Source of the DNA: Clostridia bacterium
GTDB lineage: Bacteria > Bacillota > Clostridia > Oscillospirales > CAG-272
NCBI GenBank assembly: GCA_017621695.1
Contig: JAGASP010000053.1
Span: forward strand, 4,787-68,786
Reading direction: 5' to 3'
DNA length: 64,000 nt
Shown: positions 53,232-60,675 of the stretch, piece by piece
How positions within the stretch are numbered: the stretch's first letter is position 1
How the letters are laid out: each line of letters opens with the position of its first letter
Translations under genes and position numbers: made by a program
Notes under the pieces: generated by a model
Seen by the model: only the letters and a program-made list of their open reading frames with translations
Database searches by the model: none
Told to the model about the DNA's origin: nothing

Positions 53232-54329
53232 ATGACCATAAATAAAGCCCCCGAAACCATGACCTCCAAGGAACGCGTCCGCCGCACCTTCGCTTTTGAA
53301 AAAACCGACCGTGTCACCATCGGCTACGAGGCCAACGCCGCCATTCACCAAAAGCTCTGCCACGCGCTGGGCATCCGCCCCGACGACTACGAGGGACTGT
53401 ACCGTGCTTTGGGCGTGGACTACCGTAGCATCGGCGCACCCTATGTGGGCAAGCCCCTGCACGCCGTTCCCGAGAACCGCATGGTGGATCAGCTGGAGGG
53501 CTGCATCATGCGTTGGGTAGCGCATGAAACGGGCGGCTACTGGGATTTCTGTGACTTCCCCTTAAAAGATGCCGCCGACGAGCTGTTTGACAGCTTCCCC
53601 GTCCCTGATCCAGACGATTTTGACTACGATGCCGCCCTGGCCGCCGCCAAGAGCTACGGCGGGGAGTACGGTCTTTATATCGGCAACCCCGGTGTGCCCG
53701 ACATCATCAACTCCAACGGCCGCATCATGGGCATGGAGGACGTTCTGTGCCATCTCATGATGGACGATGATGCCGCCATGAATTTTATTCGCCGCCGCGC
53801 GAATTTTCAACTCCGCATGATGGAGCGGCTTCTGGACAAATGCCACGAGCATCTGGATTTCATGTGGCTGGGCGAGGATCTGGGCACCCAGATCGCCCCT
53901 ATGGTCAGCCTGCCCCTGTATCGGGAGCAGATCAAGCCCATCCACAAGCAGTTCGTGGATCTGGCCGCGTCCTATGATCTCCCCGTGATCATCCATTCCT
54001 GCGGCAGCAGCAGTTGGTTCTTTGAGGATTTCATCGAGATGGGCATCCGCGGCGTGGACACCCTCCAGCCCGAGGCGGTCAACATGAGTCCCGCTTATCT
54101 GGCGGAGCATTTCGGCGGACGGCTGAATTTCCGCGGCTGTATCTCCACCGCAGGCCCGCTGGCCTACGGCACAGCGCAGGAGACCGAGAATATTTGCCGC
54201 GAGACCCTCGGCATCATGATGCAGGCGGGCGGCTACCACTTCGCCCCCACCCACGCCATTCAGGACAACAGCCCCGTGGAGAACGTGATTGCCATGTACC
54301 AAGCGGCGCATACTTGGGGAAAATATTGA
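53232..54329 (+). CDS. Uroporphyrinogen-decarboxylase (URO-D)/MtaA-like family protein
   Basis: SKERVRRTFAFEKTDRV at the N-terminus and GGYHFAPTHAIQDNSPVENV near the C-terminus. RBS AAAGGA. Confidence 0.7.
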   Translation: MTINKAPETMTSKERVRRTFAFEKTDRVTIGYEANAAIHQKLCHALGIRPDDYEGLYRALGVDYRSIGAPYVGKPLHAVPENRMVDQLEGCIMRWVAHETGGYWDFCDFPLKDAADELFDSFPVPDPDDFDYDAALAAAKSYGGEYGLYIGNPGVPDIINSNGRIMGMEDVLCHLMMDDDAAMNFIRRRANFQLRMMERLLDKCHEHLDFMWLGEDLGTQIAPMVSLPLYREQIKPIHKQFVDLAASYDLPVIIHSCGSSSWFFEDFIEMGIRGVDTLQPEAVNMSPAYLAEHFGGRLNFRGCISTAGPLAYGTAQETENICRETLGIMMQAGGYHFAPTHAIQDNSPVENVIAMYQAAHTWGKY

Positions 54330-54334
54330 ATGAA

Positions 54335-54378
54335 CGGGAGAAAACTTCTTGAAAGAAGTTTTCTCCCGTTCCCTCTTT
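54335..54378 (+). terminator. Strong rho-independent terminator
   Basis: CGGGAGAAAACTTCTT / AAGAAGTTTTCTCCCG. Confidence 0.8.
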
Positions 54379-54435
54379 CAAGAATCTAAAAAAAAGATTT
54401 ACATTGGAAATCATACAAAAAACAGCCCAAATATC

Positions 54436-54465
54436 TTGACATCCCCCACCACCTCATGCTATAAT
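54436..54465 (+). promoter_or_regulatory. Promoter of the orphan gene 54549-55214
   Basis: TTGACA, 18 nt, TGcTATAAT. Confidence 0.55.
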
Positions 54466-54548
54466 ATTTTCGGGGACGGCACCCATCACAAAAAACAGCA
54501 CAAAAAGTCGGCATACCACAGCCGGCGCACATAAGGGGGAGACACCCA

Positions 54549-55214
54549 TTGGAAAAACACGAAAAAACACCGTCCGAGTTTGACCGTGAGGCACACCGCA
54601 TGATCCAAGTCGAGGACGAAGCCGGCCATCGGTATGAAGCGACCTATCCAAAGAGAGCCATAGGGCTTATCAAAAACGGCAGGGCACGCTTCAAAGACGA
54701 AAGTCAGACCACCATCATATTGACGTGTCCGCCGAAGCATCAAAATGATTTGGAGGATACAACCATGAATGAACATATCCAGCACACAGAAAGCACCGCC
54801 GTCGAGACCAATGCAGTTGAAACTGTAACAGTCGAAGCCACTCCCGCATTGACTGCGAAAGAAGTTTTCGATCAAATCGTTTCTTTGCAAAATCTGATCT
54901 CAGGCGATTACACCAATCCGCTACATTTCCTTTCCGCTACCGTTAACTCCATTTGTTGTGAAAACCAATGGGAGTCGGATCAATTAAAATGCGGAGCTAT
55001 CAACGCGGCCTCCACACCCTACCGCATCCGGGAGGAAACATACCAGCAAATGCTGGCGATCTATCAGCAGATGTACAACGATCTGACCTCTCCCAAAGAA
55101 GCAAGATGCGCCGAACGGAAAGAATTCATGAATTGGGTTCGTGATTGCATCGATGCAACCCAATGCGGTCAAGATCTTCCGGACTTCGAAAAACTCTGGA
55201 AAATGTTCAGCTAA
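54549..55214 (+). CDS. Hypothetical protein (221 aa with the TTG start, alternative ATG at 54600). Small basic N-terminal domain, acidic T/E/V linker, Cys-containing helical C-terminal domain.
   Basis: RBS AAGGGGGAG lies 7 nt upstream of the TTG. The gene has its own promoter and terminator. Confidence 0.6.
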   Translation: MEKHEKTPSEFDREAHRMIQVEDEAGHRYEATYPKRAIGLIKNGRARFKDESQTTIILTCPPKHQNDLEDTTMNEHIQHTESTAVETNAVETVTVEATPALTAKEVFDQIVSLQNLISGDYTNPLHFLSATVNSICCENQWESDQLKCGAINAASTPYRIREETYQQMLAIYQQMYNDLTSPKEARCAERKEFMNWVRDCIDATQCGQDLPDFEKLWKMFS

Positions 55215-55224
55215 TTTTAACATT

Positions 55225-55256
55225 TGCCCCCGCCGCAAGGCGGGGCATTTATTTTC
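55225..55256 (+). terminator. Rho-independent terminator
   Basis: GCCCCCGCC-GCAA-GGCGGGGC followed by ATTTATTTT. Confidence 0.7.
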
Positions 55257-55302
55257 TCTACGAAGAATAGATAAATCCCCTCAGCAATCTTCACAAAAAC
55301 CC

Positions 55303-55331
55303 TTGTAAATTCCACCGTCTTATGCTATACT
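55303..55331 (+). promoter_or_regulatory. Promoter, copy 2 of the duplicated cassette. Its -10 box is part of the palindrome GCTATACT-ATAAATA-AGTATAGC.
   Basis: TTGTAA, 17 nt, TGcTATACT. Confidence 0.6.
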
Positions 55332-55373
55332 ATAAATAAGTATAGCATTTTTTATTTCACAAAAAATATTCGC

Positions 55374-55426
55374 TATCCTATATCTCGTATCTGCCGAGCT
55401 TGCTCGACGCATATCTCAATATCTTA
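55374..55426 (+). repeat. Heptamers (3 plus 2) interrupted by the palindrome GCCGAGCTTGCTCGAC, in the 5' leader of the esterase gene
   Basis: TATCCTA TATCTCG TATCTGC...palindrome...TATCTCA A TATCTTA. Confidence 0.85.
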
Positions 55427-55445
55427 CACAGAAAGGATGCCCACC

Positions 55446-56279
55446 ATGATCTACAACACCTTCACCCTTGATCCCCGCTATCCCGATTGTCTCGTCAATA
55501 CATACATCCACGACGATGTTCCCGAGCTGAATATGCCCCCCCGCCGCGCCATCATCGTCTGCCCCGGCGGCGGCTATCAGTTCCTCTCCGACCGCGAGGC
55601 CGAGCCTGTGGCTCTTCAGTATTTCGCCGCAGGTTTGAACGTGTTCATCCTGCGCTACTCGGTGCAGGAAAAGGCACTGAACGACGCGCCGCTGATCGAG
55701 GCCGCGCTGATGGTCAAGCACATCCGCGAGCACGCCGAGGCGTATCATATCGACCCTGCCTACGTGTTCATCACGGGCTTCTCTGCGGGTGGCCATTGCG
55801 CCGCCATGTGCGGGACGCTGTGGAACACCCCCATCGTCCGCGAGGCTTTGGGCATTGACCGTGGGGAGGCCCCCGAGGGCATCAACCGCCCCACCGCCAC
55901 GGTGCTGTGCTATCCCGTCATCACCGCCAATCCCTTTGCCCATCGCGGCTCCATTGACACCCTCTGCGGTTATCCCAGCGAGGAGACCGACGGGGCGTAT
56001 CACTTCTCGGTGGAGCTTCACGTGGACAAGACCACCTCTCCCGCCTTCATCTGGCACACTTTCAACGACGGTGCGGTGCCCATCCAGAACACCCTGCTCT
56101 ACGCCTCTGCCTTGGCCGATGCGGGCGTGCCCTTTGAGTATCACGTCTACCCCGACGGCGTGCACGGTCTGAGCCTTGCCAACAAAGAGACATGGGTGGG
56201 TCTTGACACCCACTACAACCCCACCTGCGCGGGCTGGATCGAGGATGCCATTCGGTACGTGAAGGAGTTCCAGGCGTAA
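55446..56279 (+). CDS. Alpha/beta-hydrolase esterase (acetyl/feruloyl-esterase-like)
   Basis: AIIVCPGGGY and nucleophile elbow GFSAGGH. The start context CAGAAAGGATGCCCACCATG parallels 53212-53234. Confidence 0.8.
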   Translation: MIYNTFTLDPRYPDCLVNTYIHDDVPELNMPPRRAIIVCPGGGYQFLSDREAEPVALQYFAAGLNVFILRYSVQEKALNDAPLIEAALMVKHIREHAEAYHIDPAYVFITGFSAGGHCAAMCGTLWNTPIVREALGIDRGEAPEGINRPTATVLCYPVITANPFAHRGSIDTLCGYPSEETDGAYHFSVELHVDKTTSPAFIWHTFNDGAVPIQNTLLYASALADAGVPFEYHVYPDGVHGLSLANKETWVGLDTHYNPTCAGWIEDAIRYVKEFQA

Positions 56280-56284
56280 CCAAG

Positions 56285-56333
56285 GAGATACAAAGATACA
56301 AGATACACGCCGAGCAAGCTCGGCAGATACAAG
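56285..56333 (-). repeat. Inverted copy of the heptamer-palindrome element, immediately after the esterase stop codon
   Basis: GAGATAC AAAGATAC AAGATAC ... GCCGAGCAAGCTCGGC AGATACAAG. 56311-56330 is the exact reverse complement of 55387-55406 (20 nt). Confidence 0.85.
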
Positions 56334-56370
56334 AGGTTCACAGCGCGGACGCTGTCATGTTTTCATCATG

Positions 56371-56433
56371 TATCATGTATCTCGTATCTTGTATCTTGTA
56401 TCTTGTATCTCGTATCTCGTATCTTGTATCTTC
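56371..56433 (+). repeat. Nine tandem heptamers TATCWYS in front of the TIM-barrel gene
   Basis: TATCATG TATCTCG TATCTTG TATCTTG TATCTTG TATCTCG TATCTCG TATCTTG TATCTTC. Confidence 0.9.
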
Positions 56434-56461
56434 CCACAATCACACACAAAGGAGAATCATC

Positions 56462-57247
56462 ATGAAGATCGGCGTATGCGCCCCCCTCGACAGACTTCCC
56501 CTGCTCAAAGAGATGGGCTATGACTATATCGAATCCAATTTCAGCTGGCTTGCCGGTCTGAATGAAGAAGACTACCGCAAAAATACAGCTCTCCTGGAAG
56601 CCTCCGGCCTGACCTCCGAAGCCTTCAACGGTTTTTTTCCGGGCAACATCAAGCTGTACGCACCCGACGGCGATCAATCGCCTCAGCTCCGCGATGTCGA
56701 GGCTTTTTGTGAGGGCGCGTTTGCCCGCGCCGCCTCTTGGGGTGGCAAGGTGGCCGTCATCGGCAGCGGCTACGTTCGCAGGATCCCCGAGGGCATGACG
56801 TGGGAGCACTGCGACGAGCAGTTTGCCCGCGTGCTTTCGGTCTGCGGTGAGGTTGGCGCCAAGTACGGTATGAAAGTGACCGTAGAAGCGCTTTCCCGCA
56901 ATGAATGCTCCTACATACACACCATTTCCGAGGGCGCAAAGGTCGCCCGCATGGCAAACCACCCTGCCGTGGGTATGATGGTGGATTTCTATCACCATTG
57001 GAATAACAACGAGGATCTTGCCACCCTGCCCAACAACGCCGACCTCCTCCTTCACGCGCATTACGCCCGTCCTGTGGATCGCAACTATCCCCAGCCCGGA
57101 GATGAGGCCATCCTCGCGGGATGTGTCGAGGCTCTGAAAAATTGCCCCCATGTCGAGCGCATCAGCCTGGAATGTGCCTGGAATCCCAACATTGACGAAG
57201 GTATCCGCACGGCAAGACCGCTGATGGAGATTTTTAAAAGCTTGTAA
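56462..57247 (+). CDS. Sugar-phosphate isomerase/epimerase (xylose-isomerase-like TIM barrel)
   Basis: MKIGVCAPLDRLPLLKEMGYDYIESNF and family-typical length. RBS AAAGGAG. Confidence 0.75.
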   Translation: MKIGVCAPLDRLPLLKEMGYDYIESNFSWLAGLNEEDYRKNTALLEASGLTSEAFNGFFPGNIKLYAPDGDQSPQLRDVEAFCEGAFARAASWGGKVAVIGSGYVRRIPEGMTWEHCDEQFARVLSVCGEVGAKYGMKVTVEALSRNECSYIHTISEGAKVARMANHPAVGMMVDFYHHWNNNEDLATLPNNADLLLHAHYARPVDRNYPQPGDEAILAGCVEALKNCPHVERISLECAWNPNIDEGIRTARPLMEIFKSL

Positions 57248-57675
57248 ATTGTTGCGGAAGCCAACGCTCGCGTGACACGCGCCAAGACGAGGGTGCAGCA
57301 CCCGAGGGGGAGTATAGCGGTAAATTGTTGTTTAGCGGAGTAAACTCCTAACCTTTTGGGTGCCCGATGGTCAAAGGGGGTTCTGGGGGCGAAGCCCCCA
57401 GAACCTATGAGAACGGCCGGCGGTTTCGGGGGCGGCCTTGAGCGCCCTGAATAAAAACAATTTTGTTTTGCGAAGCAAAACTTCCTTGTCCCGCAAAGAG
57501 AATTTCGTTTCTTCAAAAAACGAATCAACACCCATTTTGTCTCTTGAAAATTTTCTTGCGGCTTCCGCCGCGCGCCGAGGCGCTCACGGCCGCCCTCGGC
57601 ACTGCCGGCCACCATCGTAAGGTGCAGGGGCTGCGCCCCTGCACCCCCTTAGGCCGCTAAACAACCGTTTACTTT
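57245..57675. mobile_element. MITE-like, highly palindromic GC-rich intergenic element (non-coding)
   Basis: GGTAAATTGTTGTTTAGCGG (57319-57338) pairs with the inverted CCGCTAAACAACCGTTTAC (57654-57672). Internal perfect hairpins lie at 57379-57405 and 57621-57645. An extra GTAAATTGTTG copy starts at 57245. Confidence 0.45.
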
Positions 57676-57693
57676 TTGTCAAAGGAGTCACAT

Positions 57694-58839
57694 ATGCAAA
57701 ACGTACATGAAAATCTTCTCCACGTCACCAAATACGAGGTGCTGGACAAGCTCCCCGACCTCTTTACCTTCGACAACGGAGATCCCGTAAAAACCCCCGA
57801 GGATTGGAGCAAGCGCCGTACCGAGATCTACAAAACCGCCGTAGAGCTGCAATACGGTACCCTGCCCCCTGCCCCCGAATTTTTGGAGGTGGAGCCCCTT
57901 TATATCGGTGCCAAGGCTCACTCTTACCGCATTCATACCGGCACGAAAGCCCGTCCCGTCAGCTTTCTCATGAAGCTGATCCTGCCCGCATCAGGGAACA
58001 ACTTCCCTGCCATCGTGGACGGCGATATGTGCTTCCCCTATCATCTGAACAACGATTATCTCGCCGCCGCCACCGACGAGGGCGTGGCCTGGGTGTTCTT
58101 TGACCGCACTGAGCTCGCGCACGACATCCAAGGCGAGGGTCGCCGCAAGGGTCAGCTGTACGACACTTACCCCGACTGCACCTTCGGCGCTCTGGGCGCG
58201 TGGGCGTGGGGCTATTCCCGTTGCGTGGATGCCCTGGAGATCATCTGCCAAAAGCAGGACAAGCCCCTCATCGACCTCTCTCTCATCGCCTTTTCGGGTC
58301 ACTCCCGTGGCGGCAAGACCGCCGCATTGGCGGGAGCTGTGGATCAGCGCGCCGCCGTGGTCAATCCCAACGAGACCTGCGCAGGGGCTTGCGGCTGTTA
58401 CCGCATCCATATGGAGGGCTACTGCGACGGCATCCCTCCCTTCCGCTCCGAGACCTTGCGGGATCTCTGGAACAATTTTTCCTTCTGGATGGGTCCCGAC
58501 CTTGGCGACTACGCCGACAGAGAAGCCGAGCTTCCCTTTGACGCCCATTTCTTGAAGGCTCTTGTGGCTCCCCGCGTGCTCTTCGTTTCCGAGGCGGCAG
58601 GAGATATCTGGTCCAATCCCGTCGGATCCTGGATGACCTCCATGGCCGCGCAAAAGGCATATGATTTTCTGGGTGTACCCGAAAATCTTTACTGGTATTT
58701 CCGCGAGGGGACACATTTCCACCACGTTCAGGACGTAAAGATGCTGGTCAATATCATCAGGCGGCAGAGAGATCCCTCTGTCCCCATGGCCGAAGGATTT
58801 TTCAAAACTCCTTTCCCGCCCTTTGACCCGATCTACTGA
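57694..58839 (+). CDS. CE15-like (glucuronoyl-esterase-type) alpha/beta hydrolase
   Basis: FSGHSRGGKTAALAGAVDQR resembles the CE15 GCSRxGK nucleophile motif. RBS AAAGGAG. Confidence 0.65.
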   Translation: MQNVHENLLHVTKYEVLDKLPDLFTFDNGDPVKTPEDWSKRRTEIYKTAVELQYGTLPPAPEFLEVEPLYIGAKAHSYRIHTGTKARPVSFLMKLILPASGNNFPAIVDGDMCFPYHLNNDYLAAATDEGVAWVFFDRTELAHDIQGEGRRKGQLYDTYPDCTFGALGAWAWGYSRCVDALEIICQKQDKPLIDLSLIAFSGHSRGGKTAALAGAVDQRAAVVNPNETCAGACGCYRIHMEGYCDGIPPFRSETLRDLWNNFSFWMGPDLGDYADREAELPFDAHFLKALVAPRVLFVSEAAGDIWSNPVGSWMTSMAAQKAYDFLGVPENLYWYFREGTHFHHVQDVKMLVNIIRRQRDPSVPMAEGFFKTPFPPFDPIY

Positions 58840-58850
58840 AAGGAACCGAC

Positions 58851-59396
58851 ATGAAGCTCTACATCGTTCGACACGGACAATCGGCATGGAACGCAGAGCA
58901 TCTTGTCTGCGGCTCGACAGACGCGCCCCTTACCGAAAAAGGGCACGCACAGGCCGCAGAAGTCGCCCGTACCATTGCCGAAATTCACAAAGAACATCCC
59001 ATTGATCTCATCATAGCGTCTCCCCTGCAACGGGCGTTGGATACAGGCCGTGCCATTCAGGTCGCCTGCGGAGACATCCCGCTCATCACCGACGATCGCA
59101 TTCGGGAGATCGACTTTGGGGAAAGCGAAGGTCTTTCCACCCGTGATCAGGATTTTCAGAACAGAAAAGCTCAATTCCCCTACGTTCACGGCGAGGGGGA
59201 GTCTATGCTTCGTTTTGTTCATCGCGTCTACAGCTTTCTTGACGATATCCGTGTGCGCTATGCCGACAAAACGGTGCTCCTCGCCTGTCACAACGGCATC
59301 ATCCGCGTCGCGGAATCCTACGTGCATAGCATGACCAACGAGGAATTTATGAGCTACGTTGTCAAAAATGCAACTGTATCTCAATATGACTTATAA
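58851..59396 (+). CDS. Histidine-phosphatase superfamily protein (phosphoglycerate-mutase-like)
   Basis: MKLYIVRHGQSAWN (RHG motif). 181 aa. Confidence 0.85.
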   Translation: MKLYIVRHGQSAWNAEHLVCGSTDAPLTEKGHAQAAEVARTIAEIHKEHPIDLIIASPLQRALDTGRAIQVACGDIPLITDDRIREIDFGESEGLSTRDQDFQNRKAQFPYVHGEGESMLRFVHRVYSFLDDIRVRYADKTVLLACHNGIIRVAESYVHSMTNEEFMSYVVKNATVSQYDL

Positions 59397-59409
59397 GGAG
59401 TGTCCCATC

Positions 59410-60633
59410 ATGTACCGCAAATTATTTACCGCTGTTTTATTCATTCTGTGTCTCGCAACCGCCGCAGTCGCCTGTAGCCAACAAGAAGAACCGCTTGCGT
59501 CCGAAAGCGACGTAAGCTCCGAGACGACCGTCGCCGTCACCGAAGCTGAAACCGAGATCTTCCCCGAAACGCAGGCAGAAACCGAAGCCGCCACCGAAAC
59601 GGAAAACAAGACCGAAACAGAGACTGAAACCGAGATCGGAACAGAAGCCATCACCGAGGAGGAAACGACCGTGACCGTCATCTACGAAACCGTTCAGAAT
59701 CCCATCACCCCCACAGGCGCTGACCCATGGGTTACGCGCCACGGCGACAAATACTACTACTGCTATTCCAGCCCCGTCTGGTTCTTTGGCGGTGTTGGTG
59801 TGGCCGAGATCCCCTCCATCGACAAGGTCAGCGCCGAGGGAGGCAGTCAGGTCTACACCGCTCCCGCCGAGGAGGGCGCTGACCTGTCCCACTCCTTCAA
59901 CTACTGGGCACCCGAGCTGCACTACATCCAAGGTGCGTGGTACATCTACGTGGCCTGCGACGACGGCAACAACGAGACCCACCGTATGTATGTCCTGAAG
60001 GGCACAACACAGAACCCCACCGATCCCTTTGAGTACGTGGGGCAGATCACCGACCCCACCAATAAGTGGGCCATCGATGGCTCGGTTATGGAAATCGGCG
60101 GCGAACTGTACTTCATCTGGTCGGGCTGGGAGGGTGACGTCAACGTAGCCCAGCATATCTACATCGCCCACATGAGCAACCCCTGGACCATCGACAGCGA
60201 GCGGGTCATGCTCTCCACCCCCGAGTACGCCTGGGAGAAGAACGGCGATCCCCTCATCAACGAAGGCCCCACAGCCCTCCAGCACAACGGTAAGACCTTC
60301 ATCGTGTACTCCGCCTCGGGCAGTTGGACGGATGACTACTGCCTCGGTATGCTGACCCTCACGGGGGACAATCCCATGGATCCCACCTGCTGGGCAAAGT
60401 CGGACAGCCCTGTGTTTGAGAAAAGATTCGGTACCTGCTTCGGTCCGGGTCATGCCTCCTTCACCACCGCCGTGGACGGCAGTGTCTGGATGATCTACCA
60501 CGGCAACCTCCAGTCGGGCACAGGCTGGGAGGGTCGCTCCATCTGGATCGCCCCCGTAACCTTTGATGAAAACGGAATCCCGGATTTCGGACAGCCCCAA
60601 AAAGAAGTGCAATTCCCTGTAGCAATTCAATAA
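59410..60633 (+). CDS. GH43-family glycoside hydrolase, lipoprotein with acidic ETE linker
   Basis: Lipobox AAVAC. NYWAPELHYIQGAWYIYVA, GPTALQHNGKTFIVYSASG. RBS AAGGAG. Confidence 0.85.
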   Translation: MYRKLFTAVLFILCLATAAVACSQQEEPLASESDVSSETTVAVTEAETEIFPETQAETEAATETENKTETETETEIGTEAITEEETTVTVIYETVQNPITPTGADPWVTRHGDKYYYCYSSPVWFFGGVGVAEIPSIDKVSAEGGSQVYTAPAEEGADLSHSFNYWAPELHYIQGAWYIYVACDDGNNETHRMYVLKGTTQNPTDPFEYVGQITDPTNKWAIDGSVMEIGGELYFIWSGWEGDVNVAQHIYIAHMSNPWTIDSERVMLSTPEYAWEKNGDPLINEGPTALQHNGKTFIVYSASGSWTDDYCLGMLTLTGDNPMDPTCWAKSDSPVFEKRFGTCFGPGHASFTTAVDGSVWMIYHGNLQSGTGWEGRSIWIAPVTFDENGIPDFGQPQKEVQFPVAIQ

Positions 60634-60675
60634 ACAGCGACTCCCTTACAATCCAAACCGAGAAAGGATCTTACC

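Noticed and set aside
55326-55348. The palindrome GCTATACT-ATAAATA-AGTATAGC followed by a T-run, read as a terminator.
   Set aside because: It overlaps the -10 box of the cassette promoter and follows a genuine terminator at 55225-55256. An operator, or a coincidental palindrome, is more likely than a second terminator. It is absent from the sister cassette at 53134.
56357-56461. The idea that the heptamer tract encodes a phase-variable hydrophobic N-terminal extension (MFSSCIMYLVSCILYLVS...) of the TIM-barrel protein.
   Set aside because: The heptamer unit contains no stop codon in any frame, so open frames across it are automatic. A strong RBS precedes ATG 56462, and the family normally starts there (MKIGV...).
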